A program made the translations under genes and the position numbers. DNA of 63,661 bases, the filler included, from Craspedostauros australis (Eukaryota), in NCBI GenBank assembly GCA_030167865.1. It is 13 parts of 13 records of this genome, joined end to end, with 100 filler letters (N's around TTAATTAATTAA, not from the genome) between each part and the next. Parts side by side here need not be neighbours in the genome. Positions count along the whole stretch, not along the records: positions 6,476 to 16,246 come from JALAGF010005143.1; positions 16,347 to 28,124 come from JALAGF010005144.1; 11 more parts are not named here. One strand, 5' to 3'. Shown in pieces: positions 13,544 to 26,952 of this stretch. The notes beneath the pieces were generated by a model. The model was given only the letters and a program-made list of their open reading frames with translations. It was not told the DNA's origin and made no database searches. The first letter of the stretch is position 1; every line of letters starts with the position of its first letter.

Positions 13544-16500
13544 AATCCTGGAGGGACCGCACCGCTATTGGCTCACACGGGTCATAACACTTACACTACA
13601 GTGCCAACACCCCGGATGTTCAACATCATCACCACAGAGTGCTCTGCTTTGCCAGCACAAAACAAGAAAACAATGGTAGAGTACGAAGTAGAGCATGCTA
13701 GTATGTGTGGCTGTGTATATCCACGGTGATTTTTTGTTGCGTCAGGACGCAAAATCGTTGTTTTTTGTCTCCTGACGCAAAAGTACCCGGATGGATAAAA
13801 TTGGTTGCGCCAGGACGCAAAATTGAATTTAACGTGGAGATTTAACACGGGGCGAAAAATGGTGTGACTCACTCGAACACTCGTAAAAAAATCGTTCGCT
13901 GTCGTCATTTGTCGCCTGTGCTTTGGGACAAATACTGTGTGTTTTACCGTGTTGTTTTGTACTGATGGATGCAAATCTTATCTGCGCTCCACATCCAGCA
14001 ACAATAGTATCNAAACAACTCTCTGAATGTTGCAATGCATATATTAGTGATTTATGTGTTGTACATTGCCTTATTTACCTCGTGCATGCTCTCCTGCTTG
14101 CGAAGAGGAGAAAAGGAGCCAGGTATGTTTATCGGGATCTGTCGTCCTCCTTCCTGTTGTGATCCTACCACTCTCCTTGCCAGCTTGGCTGCCTATGTTT
14201 GATACTTCTGTGTTCAAAGAGTGCTTCCAGTCACCCATCAGCTCCATGCTGTCTGCGGAGTTGGTTGAGGCACACACTTCGTGCCTTCGGCACGACGATT
14301 CGCCTCTGTACATTGATCATCAACCACTTGTTTGTCACGCAAGTACAAGGCTCTCGTTCATTCCGTATCGCTTCAAATCAAAAGGGATGCTCCTTCATTT
14401 GTCCTCACACTTGTGCTTCCCAGATTTGGACTTCCAACACTCAGCGCATCCCCGCCGCAAACAGGGTGGCAGGCAAGAACTCGCACCATTGAAGGCATGA
14501 ATGTTCTTCCTGTGCGGAGTTCAGTTCTAAGACCACATGAGGCATACATACAAGAGAAGCATATCATGTTTGTCAGTAGGCGCATCCGCACCATTGTCAA
14601 ATGAGTCCCCTTTGGTTGGCAGAAACAAATGTGTGGGGTGATGACTGCATTCTTGGCGGCCATATTTGTTGCCAGAATCTGGATGAATCTGATTGCCGTC
14701 CTGCTATCAAATATGTACATCTTCTTATTCACATTAATTAGAACAATGATAACTCACTGAATGTCCTCCGTGTACAAAGTTGCCTTGGAGGCTTTAGTGT
14801 TGGCCACCTACAACGAGCATAAGGCCGATTGTGCTGAAATGACTTCCCTGTGTCTCTCACTGCCTAGTCTACCACGATTTGTCAGCACCATGGGCCATCA
14901 AACATATCGCACTGGGCATCCAGCTTGCGCCTGCTATGCTCTTTCACAAACCTCATGCACTGATCCGTGCTCCATATTGTTGCTTGTTTGCCCTTCCTCC
15001 CAAGGCCCTGTATAACTGTCGTTTGCGCAGACCCGTTTCTTGTCACTGCAATCTCACGGCGTGTGTGAGTCTTTGGCGTACTCCTCTTCTCTCCTGTGTT
15101 GCTGCACGTTGTTGCTGCTCAACTGCCTGGGCCCTTATCCATGCTGCTTGCACATGCTTCACTCACCGGCTCTGAGCATCCACCGGCCAGCTCACCACCT
15201 CCACTCTTGCCGCATTCGTCATGAGGGCTTGGTCTGTGGCCAGGATACCTCTGCCTCCGATCGCCCATTGCTCGTTCACCCTGGCTCATACTTCTTTTCC
15301 TGGGCTGCCGCGCGCTTGCGTCCATCCTGGTCATGTAGCACGCAGTTGCGCGCTTCCCATGGCTTCTGTCGAGCCTCCCACAGCCCTCGAATGGCTATGC
15401 CTCTCCAGTTTGCTGGCTTCATTGGGAGCTCTTCCTCCATCATCACAGACTCCTGTATTGTCTTCCACTGCCTCACCCAGCGCCCACGCACCATCATACC
15501 CCATCCGATCACTTGTTGGGCATTGACTGCTTCTTGGATTCACGTTGGTGCTCTTGGCTCCATGTTGTCCATGTGGCTCCAACTCCTCAGCTAGCAGAGC
15601 ATCTCTTGGACCATATCTGGATCTCCTCCTACCCGAAGCATGTCATCTCCCCACTCTGCATTCGCCTTCTCCCTCACNNNNNNNNNNNNNNNNNNNNNNN
15701 NNNNNNNNNNNNNNNNNNNNNNNNNNNNNNNNNNNNNNNNNNNNNNNNNNNNNNNNNNNNNNNNNNNNNNNNNNNNNNNNNNNNNNNNNNNAAGCACATG
15801 GATGGCGATCTTGATTCGACAGGAACATCTAATGAGGTTGGGACCCAATGGAAGGAGGAAGCAACACAGATGCAGACACAAACTACACTGCACATCTCGC
15901 CTCGCAAGGAATGAATGAGACACTGATGTCGTGTGAAGCTGCCTGGAGAGGCACAGGACGACGTGGAGGAAGAACGGAAAGGACCGCNNNNNNNNNNNNN
16001 NNNNNNNNNNNNNNNNNNNNNNNNNNNNNNNNNNNNNAAGATAAGCACATGGATGGCGATCTTGATTCGACAGGAACATCTAATGAGGTTGGGACCCAAT
16101 GGAAGGAGGAAGCAACACAGACGCAGACACAAACTAAGACGCACATCTCACCTCGCAAGGAATGAATGAGACACTAATGTGGTGTGTGAAGCTGCCTGAA
16201 GAGGCACAGGACGACGTGGAGGAAGAACGGAAAGGACCGCAGGTCCNNNNNNNNNNNNNNNNNNNNNNNNNNNNNNNNNNNNNNNNNNNNTTAATTAATT
16301 AANNNNNNNNNNNNNNNNNNNNNNNNNNNNNNNNNNNNNNNNNNNNAACGAGAAGCTCTTGTCAGTGCTGTTGCTGATGTCGTTGGTACTGCTGGCTCTG
16401 TTGGAGTGTGGTGTGCTTACAACTGTTGGCAAATTAGAAAGCTCCTCCTCATTGTCACAGCTGGCATCGTCCTCATCTTTGTTGTTGGGTTCAAAATCCT

Positions 16501-19500
16501 CGTCATTCGTGTCATTGCTGTTGTTGTGGCCTGATGGGTGGTACCGGAGAGTGTCTTGANNNNNNNNNNNNNNNNNNNNNNNNNNNNNNNNNNNNNNNNN
16601 NNNNNNNNNGGAGAAGCGAATAGATTCTGGGTTGACGAGCGGTTCGAGCACAAAGAAGATGTGGACTCCATGATGGTTGTGGATCAGAATGCCCCCCAAC
16701 ACTGGATCCAGCGCATTCTCTTGGAATGATCCTTGCTTGACCATGTTGGCACTCGAAGTTGTCACAATTTCCTCGTTTCCTTTCACATGGTTGATGTTGA
16801 GGCTGCNNNNNNNNNNNNNNNNNNNNNNNNNNNNNNNNNNNNNNNNNNNCGTTGCGCTCTTTGGTGTGGTGTTTGGTGTAAACTTCGTGGTTTTGGGCAC
16901 TTTGGTACGATGAGGCATGATGAATGGTGGAGTGGCAAGGATGAGATTGTCGTCGATGAAGTTGGGTGACAGTTGATCCGCGGAAGCTCCGTCCGATTTG
17001 GAGCCAGCAAACGAGAAGCTCTTGACAGTGCTGTTGCTGATGTCGTTGGTACTGCTGGCTCTGTTGGAGTGTGGTGTGCTTACAACTGTTGGCGAATTAG
17101 AAAGCTCCTCCTCATTGTCACAGCTGGCATCGTCCTCGTCTTTGTTGTTGGGTTCAAAATCCTCGTCATTCGTGTCATTGCTGTTGTTGTGGCCTGATGG
17201 GTGGTACCGGAGAGTGTCTTGAAGTTCTTTTGGCAAATCGCTGTAATTTTCTGGCATGCTCAGCCACACTTGGCACGAAACTCAAGTCCAAACCCTGAAA
17301 GCACAAAGAGGATGTGAGTGGTTGTGGTGAGCAACACAAAGCCAACATCAAACCACCATCAGATGCTCTCAGTCAATGCATACCTTTGCCAGTTTGCAGG
17401 AACTTCTGCAAGGCTTGTGACAGCTTCTGGAGTTGCATTGGAGGTTCTGCTTTGTGTACTTAGCTTGCCAATCGGTGTGCATTTCTCAGAAATGGTTGAG
17501 TCCTTCGATGGAGGGATAGAAGTGTGCAGGTGTTTCGCTGAAGCCTTTGATTGTGTATGTGGCGTGGTTGCCTGTTGCTGACCAGCAGCCATCATCATTT
17601 CGATTATTATTGCATCGTGCATGATTTGTGCACACACGACGATCCGCATCGATTCGACAATAACAGCATGAGTTGGGAGGAAAATAGATGGATTGAAACG
17701 AGCAATCCAAGAGTGTGATGCTTGCAAGTCAGGGTCAGCACATGCACAAGTTCTATCGAGCGAGCGCACCTCTGATGTGCAGAGAAGGCAAAGTCACCCA
17801 AAGCCACGAACGACGAATCGCTACGACTTGTTTGTACTACAACTAACAGCAAGGTTTGTAAACTACGATGTAGAGCACTCAAGTATTCAAACGGGCTCAT
17901 CGTGGAACATCATCGCACTATTCATCTCTCGCCGTTTGCAGTTCGAGGAGGAGGNNNNNNNNNNNNNNNNNNNNNNNNNNNNNNNNNNNNNNNNNNNNNN
18001 NNNNCAGTTCGAGGAGGAGGACACTCGTTTTGTGGCGCTGTTGTGCTCATTTCGTGATTGAGTTTTGTTTGTGAGAAGCTGCGCGGCCGCGGTTGTTGTT
18101 CAGTTTTTTGGTTTGCGGAACGGACACAAATCATGTTGATGTGATCACGTGTTATCGGTGACGACAACTCGAATTCTTGTGACGTCGTCGTGCCAAAATC
18201 GTCCGACAGGACGCATTTTTTGTCCGACAAAGCAAACCTTCAAGTCGTGTCGTATTATCAACGAAACGTGAACGCAAGCCGGTTCTCGGTAGAACTCCAG
18301 TAGGAACTGTTCGTAGGATCTTCCCTCAGAGAGGTTTTGTTCCCCAAATAACGACAAAACAAAACACAACTCGCCAAACACCGTTTCAAACAGAAATGGG
18401 AGGAAGGCCCAGTGCGATTCTTGTCTGTCGTCAATTTATTTTGCGATGTCGTCACTGTATTTTGATTTGTCGTATCGGACGGCAGGGATTGTCGTTGTGA
18501 CAATGGTTTCCGTTTGATGGAACGAATCCAACTGTTTGATGCTGGCCATTGCAGTCCCGCCTCGCGCTCTGTTCACATGGTGCTGTGTGCGCGTGACGGT
18601 GCTGGATGCGAGATTTGCGTGGTTCTGATTCGTGCACGCTGTGTTTCCTGCCAGACGTGTCAACCCAGNNNNNNNNNNNNNNNNNNNNNNNNNNNNNNNN
18701 NNNNNNNNNNNNNNNNNNNNAGCAACTTCCCGCCAAAAGCCGCACAGAGGAATGAACCAACAGCAACGCCTGTGCGGGTTGAATTGCGATCGGCACCTCT
18801 CGAGTATCACAGCACATCACATCGACCATCAAACGTGGCCCCCTGCTTCTCGTCTCTGCACCACGACGCCTGGAATCCACGCAAGAGGCACTCAACACAA
18901 CAAACAACGCAAGCCTGCTTGGCGTGGCATTTTGTCGCCAGATACGATCCTGACAAGTTGCGGTTGGTGTTTTGCCTGACAGTGCGGTTTGTTATCGAAT
19001 GGTGTTGGTTGCGAGACATGCGTATGATACAAACTTGGTGAGGAGTAGTACATCATCNNNNNNNNNNNNNNNNNNNNNNNNNNNNNNNNNNNNNNNNNNN
19101 NNNNNNNNNNNNNNNNNNNNNNNNNNNNNNNNNNNNNNNNNNNTCCAAGAAGTCCGTCATTGTGATCTGTGCTCAAGAGGATCATGGTCCGCACAACTGA
19201 ATACCTAGTGTATTCACTGCCGTGACAGTGTTGTACGCAATGGCTCGTCATCGCTCATCAAGCTTCGTGTGGAGTATTGCAATTGCATACCATGTCGCCT
19301 GCAATATTGCATGGAACAGAAACCATAAATGCAGCATGTCCGGTATCAACCGACTCGATGAGTTGGCTCACACAACCTCCATGTGATCAATCGCGCTATC
19401 AAGATGTTTGGAGCGAACAATGAAATGAATACCGCGATGTGGAGCATACTACTTGCACTTGCAGTGGCTCCTATTAGAGCACATCTGAATAGAATAGAGA

Positions 19501-20112
19501 CAAGGTGTGATACCATGTGAACTTGGTTGCTCTCAGCTGATACTGTGCTACTGATGGAACAGATCGAGCCCATCTTTGCCGTTGCTATGAGCAGGTGAAT
19601 GGTGAATGATGTCTCAGTATGTGACATGGAATGGCTGATTGCCTGCATCGATCTGAATCTGAGTGNNNNNNNNNNNNNNNNNNNNNNNNNNNNNNNNNNN
19701 NNNNNNNNNNNNNNNNNNNNNNNNNNNNNNNNNNNNNNNNNNNNNNNNNNNNNNNNNNNNNNNNNNNNNNNNNNNNNNNNNNNNNNNNNNNNNNNNNNNN
19801 NNNNNNNNNNNNNNNNNNNNNNNNNNNNNNNNNNNNNNNNNNNNNNNNNNNNNNNNNNNNNNNNNNNNNNNNNNNNNNNNNNNNNNNNNNNNNNNNNNNN
19901 NNNNNNNNNNNNNNNNNNNNNNNNNNNNNNNNNNNNNNNNNNNNNNNNNNNNNNNNNNNNNNNNNNNNNNNNNNNNNNNNNNNNNNNNNNNNNNNNNNNN
20001 NNNNNNNNNNNNNNNNNNNNNNNNNNNNNNNNNNNNNNNNNNNNNNNNNNNNNNNNNNNNNNNNNNNNNNNNNNNNNNNNNNNNNNNNNNNNNNNNNNNN
20101 NNNNNNNNNNNN

Positions 20113-20700
20113 CCCAACTTCATATTGCAACCAGGCCCACAGAATTTGTGGGAGTACCACTTCTTGTTGAATGAGGTTGGCCCTGCGATCTGGAAACCTG
20201 TGCCATCCACCGTAACCTTGCATGAGAGGTCAACTTGGCCAAGGTTACAGTGCTCCCACACAACCTGAAAAGGAATATGCACAATGAGTGTGAGTGTGCT
20301 CATTTGGAATCGAGCAATTGCACATTGTCACAGCAAAGTAGACTCAGGCAGACTTCATGTGAACTTACCACAGTGTAGAGCTTCGAAACAATCTGCTTGA
20401 TGACTTGCCATATGTATCTCTTCAGCATCCAATCTGCCACTCCAAGGAAAAACAAGCCATGTGCACAGTGGGATAGTGATGCAAATAGTACAGTATCCAC
20501 AACAGATGCTTGGGCTTGAACAGAGCAGCAAAGTTGCAGTGCTCCCAGATGCAAAGGCACAAGTGTGGATTCACACCGAATGTGGATGTGAAGCTCTCTC
20601 CAAACTGTGACTGCGCAAAAGGGTGGTTGCCATTTCTGACTTTCAGAGAGATGTTCATCAGAAACTGACCAAAGATCACAAGTTGCCAACATTCACATTG
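20113..20700 (-). pseudogene. PIF/Harbinger DDE transposase remnant with one intron (20265-20368)
   Basis: FGVNPHLC...KPKHLLWILYYL, then a GTAAGT...TTTCAG intron, then CKVTVDGT...NKKWYSHKF.GPG, matching the DDE_Tnp_4-type DGT and YSHK motifs; continues into an N gap. Confidence 0.75.
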
Positions 20701-22088
20701 ACGGAGTCGAAACAAGATGTCATGCTTGTGTTGATGTGTGATGAGAATTGCGATGGCTTTTGTTTGATCAAATTTCAGAACGTATCCGCTTGATGATGAT
20801 GTTGGGTGCATGTTTTTGTCTGTGGTTGTTGTTTCAGTGCCAGGATGGCATCATGGAGATCTTTTGTGGCTGCCAACCTCAGTTAGCTGGATTGTATCAA
20901 TGCACAAATGAGGAGAGGGAGATCAATGGCATGGGAATCAACATGGAATGCAGATTGAGGAACCCACATTTGATCCAATTGCTACATAATGCATCACAAC
21001 AGCAAAGACTGACACCACTCATCCTTGATGTGCTTGTCATGATGAGCAGTGGGATGATAGCAATGACACTCGAATCAAGGATTGTTAATGGCAGCGATGG
21101 TCAGAGGAGCAAACCTACCAAGAGGAGTCAAATATTCCATCAGCTTGCTTGGAGTAGTTTCATCTTGTGAAAGACATGTGAGTTTTCATTAGTGGGATGT
21201 GATGTGATGGGATGTGTGGCAACTGGTTGTTGATCACGACTTGATGTAGGGGACGGAACACACCACACCGGCGCGCCAGCATTGTTGAATTGAAGAAATA
21301 TAGCCAAATTAGAACCTTCTGAGGAGGAATATTCAAAGTAGCCATCTCACTTGTTCTTGATGTTCGAGCAGATTGTTGGTGTTGAGGCGGATTGTGTTGT
21401 AGTTTGGCCGAGTGGGTCGATTGTATTCGTGTTGATTTAGTCGAAGTGGTCGTTGTGTCCTCAGCTCTTCTGTGCTCTTGTTATGGGACCCGTGATGTCA
21501 GCAAAAAGCAAATTATAGTTTTTTGTGACTTTTACGATGACTCCCAGAAGGTTACGGGAAAACCTGGAGCATTCTGGAGTTATCGTGGGTGCGTCGAACA
21601 CGATCCGCGGCTGAAGATGCGTCGTGGATGCTCAAACACGTCTCCATCGACCACAAACCGCAGCAGCATACTATTCGTACTCATACTACTACTCGTGCCC
21701 TCCGACACTTGCCTGACCTCGCCCACTTGGCCAATCCATCATCTATCATTATATTTCCCATCGAGGGTCTCCCTTGCGTTGTCTCGTCTTCTGTTTTGTT
21801 GTCTCGCCCTTCGAGAGCGAAGAATCGAAACCCGAGGCATCCGCAGCCCGCAAGCGCAGTACCAGCAGCGACGGTCCTGCCTTTCTCTCTCCCTCTCTCA
21901 GCAGTGCCATCCGCATTCGCAGCTCGTATCAGTACAGCACTCCCACATCGACTTCGACAGCGATTCTGGTGAGACATCAGTCTTTGCAGGACGCAACGTT
22001 GATACCAACACCCACAGACCCAGCCATCAAGCACGCAGCCAACCCGCCGATCAGCAGCAACAGAAACAAGCACACCCAACCACGAACG

Positions 22089-24917
22089 ATGGCATCAGCA
22101 GCAGCGCTATCCGCAGCAACAGCGCAAGCTGCGATCCCACTCGACGTCAACAACTACAAGGACATCTTCAGCGACGCCAGCTTCTGGGACCCCAAGTTGG
22201 ATGACGAAGACGTCATGAAACTGCTCGATAAGAGAGTGTTGGGAGAAGGAAAGTCTGGAGGTGAACTATGGGGGCCGTTGGTCGATACACGAACGGAGAT
22301 CATTGGTTACGTCAACGAAAGTGGCGATGGCGCTGCGGTTCGTATGCGAGACTCCGCGAGACGTTGGCAGAGAGAAGAGGATTCAGCCAAGCCCATCCTC
22401 CAATGGATCGCGCGGAGAGATAAAGGCGGTGCAGGCAAAGCACAGGATGTCGTTGCCAAGGTCAAGGAATCCCTGCGAGGCCCACCAAAGACTCTCGACG
22501 ACTTCATCCAAAGGGAACTCAGCAAAATGCGCGATGCAAAAGCCCGAAAGCTCAAACATGCCGCAGGTGAGACCTTTTTTGTTGGCAGCGCCAACTTTCG
22601 ACACAAGGGAGTGTCTTTGGAAAGCCCGGGAAAGATCTTCCTGGATGAGGTGAATATGCAGAGAGAATCCACCACCGTATTCGTCTACTCCTCAGAAAGT
22701 GGCAGCGGCAAGACAGTTGAGCTCGCCGCAAGCGCGTTTGTGCGAGATTGCGCCGTCAGCATGGTTGATATCGTTCCAAAAGAGGCTGACTTATCCAAGA
22801 CACTGACAAAGGAACAACGAAGCCGCGAGTGCGTTGCTTTACTCAAGAAACGGTTCGATAACCTCGCGAAAAACAACACAGAAGTCTTCGAAACCATTCT
22901 CCAGACAATCAACGACTGGGAGGAACCAAACAACAATGATTCACCAGTTGTGAGGATCGTCTTCTGCATCGATGAAGCGTCTTCATGCCTCAACTTGGTG
23001 CAGGTGATCATCAGTGAGTATGAAGCACTTTACAAAACCATGGGGAAATACATCGCCAGTGGATTTGGCGGCGTGCTAGACAAGAAGTTCAAAACGAAAC
23101 ACCCCATCGGTGTTGTGTTCTCTGTCGCCGGCACAGGAGCATATGGGGCCACAGTTGGATCCAAACAAGCCCACTACAAGTACCTCAAACCCAGCGGCAA
23201 CACAGTCACCGAGGAGCTGTACGATACACTCAGATCCGAGTACAAACCGGGCACTTATGGATACAAGAACATCGCAACATTCAAGGATCTGACGAAGCAG
23301 ACATTCCTTGGGCTCGTCGTCACAGGCAATGCACGGATGGCTTCCATCTTGATTGCTGAAATGTTTCGCAAACAGCTCCGGCACAACGATCCAAATGATG
23401 AGATCCGACTGATGTATTCGGTTTTCGAGAAGTTCATTGAATCCAATGGAATGGACTCGCTGTTACTCAGTCATGAAGGCTTGAACAGATATTCCGACAT
23501 CGACGATGACGCTGTGGCAACGGACCGGATGGCTGCATCATCGCAAGCCTTTGCGGTGCTTCTCTATCCAGAGCCGTTCAACTTACCAGCGGATGACGCA
23601 GAAGCACAGTCAAAGGTGCTGACGCTCGACTACGGCCCTTCATTCCAGGCCTTCGGCGCCGATAAGCGTGCCACTGCTCCTGCCAACGAGGACAATCGCT
23701 TGCTAACGCCTATGCAGCGTCTCGTTCGCAAGTACGGGATCATAATTCCAGCAGAGTTCGATGGCGACACGACACAACCCCAAACACTACAAGAGCCATT
23801 CAAAATGAAAGAGGTGATGCAACTGCTGTGCCTCTGGCTTGCAAACAGTGGAAAACGGTTGAAGGGGGATGACGTAATGTTGGGAAAAAATTCATTTTCG
23901 TACGAGGTGCTGTCAACTCAGCTTGTGAGTTGTGCCATTTCAGCAGCCATGATCATCAAGGAGGAGGAACGCAAAGACCTGCGCTACATCTTGACAAACA
24001 GCCTCAACATGTTCCTGAGAAGTTATACCTACACAAACGACGACATCACCGACGACATCGCCGAACATGTTGATGCGGACATCACAGCGGCGTGGGGGGC
24101 ACTCGAAGGTGTGATTCCTGTCTCAACCGAGTGCGATCTCGCCTTGGATGGCATGTACTATCAGCCAGCCCCAATGTGGTTAAACAAGCGAAGCCGAGAC
24201 GGGACCCTTTCGAAAATGGGCCCCTGGAAGAAGGCGAGGGTAATCCGGGTCACACCACCAGAGAATGGTGATCCAAGCGACCTCTCCAACGTGAAACAGG
24301 AGGATATTACTGGTACGGACGGGGCAACGGACAATTTGAACACCCTGTCCATCAACAAATATGTGTGGCAAGGTCTTGAAGAGCTGGCAACCAACAAAGG
24401 GATTGAACCAACCAAGTTCTTCCCCACCCTTACGACTGTGGCAGAGGGTAACAGCAATCTCGCAGATGGATATGTCTCATTCATCGGTGCGAAGTGGAAT
24501 GAAGACAACTCAGAGTTGGTAGATCACGCACTGTACACCATCTTCATCCAAGCCAAGGACTACGACAAGAAAACCAGTCTCAAGTCCGATGATATCCGCA
24601 AAACCAAGGAGCTAGTGTGCAGTGAGGAACTCAAGCTTCATTTCGGGAGGAATGGTCTGTACTGCTTGGCGTGCAGCAAGGAGAAACTCTCACGTGTGTA
24701 CAATGAGAACGTATTGAACACAGAGCTCAATGCTGATCAGAGGAGGGAGATGGGGTGTGCGCCGTATGTCTCTTTCCCAACCAACCAGATGAGGATCCTG
24801 CCTCATTTGATGGGCGAGATTGATGGTTCCCGCAAGCGGCACGACAAGATGGACGCGCACAATCACATACTTGCCTTTAACGACAACAACAACAACAACG
24901 ACAACGTAAACAACTAA
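22089..24917 (+). CDS. Intronless ~942-aa P-loop NTPase with C-terminal PD-(D/E)xK-like nuclease motif
   Basis: Long open frame; Walker A SESGSGKT, Walker B IVFCIDE, C-terminal ADG...IFIQAK. Start taken at ATG 22089 (MASAAALS). Confidence 0.75.
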   Translation: MASAAALSAATAQAAIPLDVNNYKDIFSDASFWDPKLDDEDVMKLLDKRVLGEGKSGGELWGPLVDTRTEIIGYVNESGDGAAVRMRDSARRWQREEDSAKPILQWIARRDKGGAGKAQDVVAKVKESLRGPPKTLDDFIQRELSKMRDAKARKLKHAAGETFFVGSANFRHKGVSLESPGKIFLDEVNMQRESTTVFVYSSESGSGKTVELAASAFVRDCAVSMVDIVPKEADLSKTLTKEQRSRECVALLKKRFDNLAKNNTEVFETILQTINDWEEPNNNDSPVVRIVFCIDEASSCLNLVQVIISEYEALYKTMGKYIASGFGGVLDKKFKTKHPIGVVFSVAGTGAYGATVGSKQAHYKYLKPSGNTVTEELYDTLRSEYKPGTYGYKNIATFKDLTKQTFLGLVVTGNARMASILIAEMFRKQLRHNDPNDEIRLMYSVFEKFIESNGMDSLLLSHEGLNRYSDIDDDAVATDRMAASSQAFAVLLYPEPFNLPADDAEAQSKVLTLDYGPSFQAFGADKRATAPANEDNRLLTPMQRLVRKYGIIIPAEFDGDTTQPQTLQEPFKMKEVMQLLCLWLANSGKRLKGDDVMLGKNSFSYEVLSTQLVSCAISAAMIIKEEERKDLRYILTNSLNMFLRSYTYTNDDITDDIAEHVDADITAAWGALEGVIPVSTECDLALDGMYYQPAPMWLNKRSRDGTLSKMGPWKKARVIRVTPPENGDPSDLSNVKQEDITGTDGATDNLNTLSINKYVWQGLEELATNKGIEPTKFFPTLTTVAEGNSNLADGYVSFIGAKWNEDNSELVDHALYTIFIQAKDYDKKTSLKSDDIRKTKELVCSEELKLHFGRNGLYCLACSKEKLSRVYNENVLNTELNADQRREMGCAPYVSFPTNQMRILPHLMGEIDGSRKRHDKMDAHNHILAFNDNNNNNDNVNN

Positions 24918-26952
24918 GATAAATAAGACTGTATTCACGATTACGACGCCAGAACACGAAGACGGTGGGTGCGATGAGTAGAGTACTCGAATGCAATACG
25001 CAGTGATGCACTTCCCAAGAGTTCGCGTATGACGCTCAAGGGTTGGTTGAGAGGTGTCACCGCGACGGGTGCTGCAGTTGCTTCCGTTGCTGTTGAATGT
25101 ACCGCACCTGTTGCGATTATCAATGCTGGTATACTCTTGCGTCCAACTGCTTGATGGGAGGCGTGGTTGGCTCCATTCGCCACGGTAGAGCTGTCGATCC
25201 CAATGCTCGTCATAGCGATGATGACGATGACGGTGTTTTGAGATGTCTTGTCGGCGCGGGCCTACCGCTGGCGCTGTTGTGGCCGCTGGTGCGCTTGCCG
25301 ATTCTGTTTGTATGGATGTGCTCGACGGCGCACCAGGACTGGCCTTCGTGGTCGCCACAACTGAACCAGGTCCCGCAGTCGTCATGGGCCCAACTGGCGT
25401 GCTCAAATGCTGATCCTTGGCTTGTTGACACGCCATGAGCAACAGTGCAAGCGGCTGCTCGGACTTGACCGTGATTCTCCCGACGTCGAGGCGTACGCTC
25501 GGCGGAAGCAGATCCTGCGTGTTCACGTTGCATGATACAATTTCGTGGTGCAATTCCGTAGTGCAATTCCGTAGGTATGGAGCAGTCAATCGCATGATCC
25601 AAAGAGAGGGCCGCGAAGGATGTGCTGCGGAACACAATCACATCGGCATTCGCCGGCCTTTGTCAGCACGAACGCTGCCTCCTCAAGGCGCTCGTATCGG
25701 TGCTCGACAGCCTGCGCGCGTGGTTGCCTTCATCGAACAGCAGAGCCTTCGGTGCGACCGCATTGCAGCATCCCCGACGGACAGGCACTTGGATATTTGG
25801 GCGCATGGCGGATGCTGCGCTCGTTCGCTGCGAATGCCTCGCATGTGGCGCGTGGGAGGAGTTTGGTGATGGAGAGTGATTCCATCGCATGGTATGAGTA
25901 TGGTACGGGCAAGGACTGGTGGACATTGTGCTCTTGTGCCTGTGTCTGACTATACATGCACAGGACAGTCGTTGCCATTGTCTTCACCGTCGCCGCCGTC
26001 GTCGTAAGAATCCAAGTCCATGTCCGAATCTTCATGGGGCATAGAGCGCACTTGAAGAGCCCAACACGGCCGTGGGCTTCGATGGGCCGTTCCGCCAGTG
26101 CGTGCAATTGGAGTCGTCGCTGTTCTACACGTAGGTGATTATGTCGACTATTGGAACACGGCGAGGACAGCATGGCCAGCGTTCGGTGTCGGAGCGTTGG
26201 GAATACTTTCTGGAGGAGGAAGGGAAGCCAGAACTGGTTGGCTGCACCAGTCAAGGGAATTGCTGCGGACGACTCCGTGCGTGGATGTGATCTGGATGAT
26301 GACCATGGTGGTGTCGCCCTTGGCGATTCTGTTGTTGCACCGGCTAAGCACTCCAACTTGTGCAGTGTGTGCAGATTGTCCAGCTTGTGCAGCGCCTCGT
26401 TGCGACAGATCAATCATGGATTGGCTGTGAAGCCAGACGTAGGCACGGGGGACGTTGATATTGATGTTGACACGGACACGGACACGGACGCTAACGTTTG
26501 TGTGGATCACTCCTTCACTGCGGAGGCTGCAAGCGACGGCAGGCTCATGACAATCACAGCATCTTCGACTTCTCCGACGATGGTCAGAAGCTGGTTGTGC
26601 TACGCCCACCCTGTCTGAGGGGACCGTCGGATGGAGAGACACCCAAGGCAGACGAGGCAGTGGAAGAGGAGGAGGCAGCGAACAGGCCGCAGGGTCGCCA
26701 GCGTTGTGGGATGTGATCCCATGGAGGCAGAGGCAGAGGCAGAAGGGATCCAAGGAATTTCGTTTCACGACCGGACATCGTGACGGAAGCAAGTTTTGGC
26801 GACTTTGGGAATCTGGCCGTTCAATCAACACATCGACAAAATCAACAAAATCAACACATCAACACATCACAACAAGAGAAGAGAAACAGGGAGAGCTCAC
26901 CAACATCTTTCTCCTCATCTTTCCATTGCGACTTGCCCATTTTCCATGTTCC

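Noticed and set aside
13544..19665. Possible decayed DNA transposon or gene (GACGCAAAA repeats near 13745-13825; ORF 16295-17269)
   Set aside because: No recognisable motif or paired termini; spans two scaffolds; cannot be supported.
24960..26830. Several overlapping 200-300 aa ORFs
   Set aside because: No domain signal or consistent frame; not callable.
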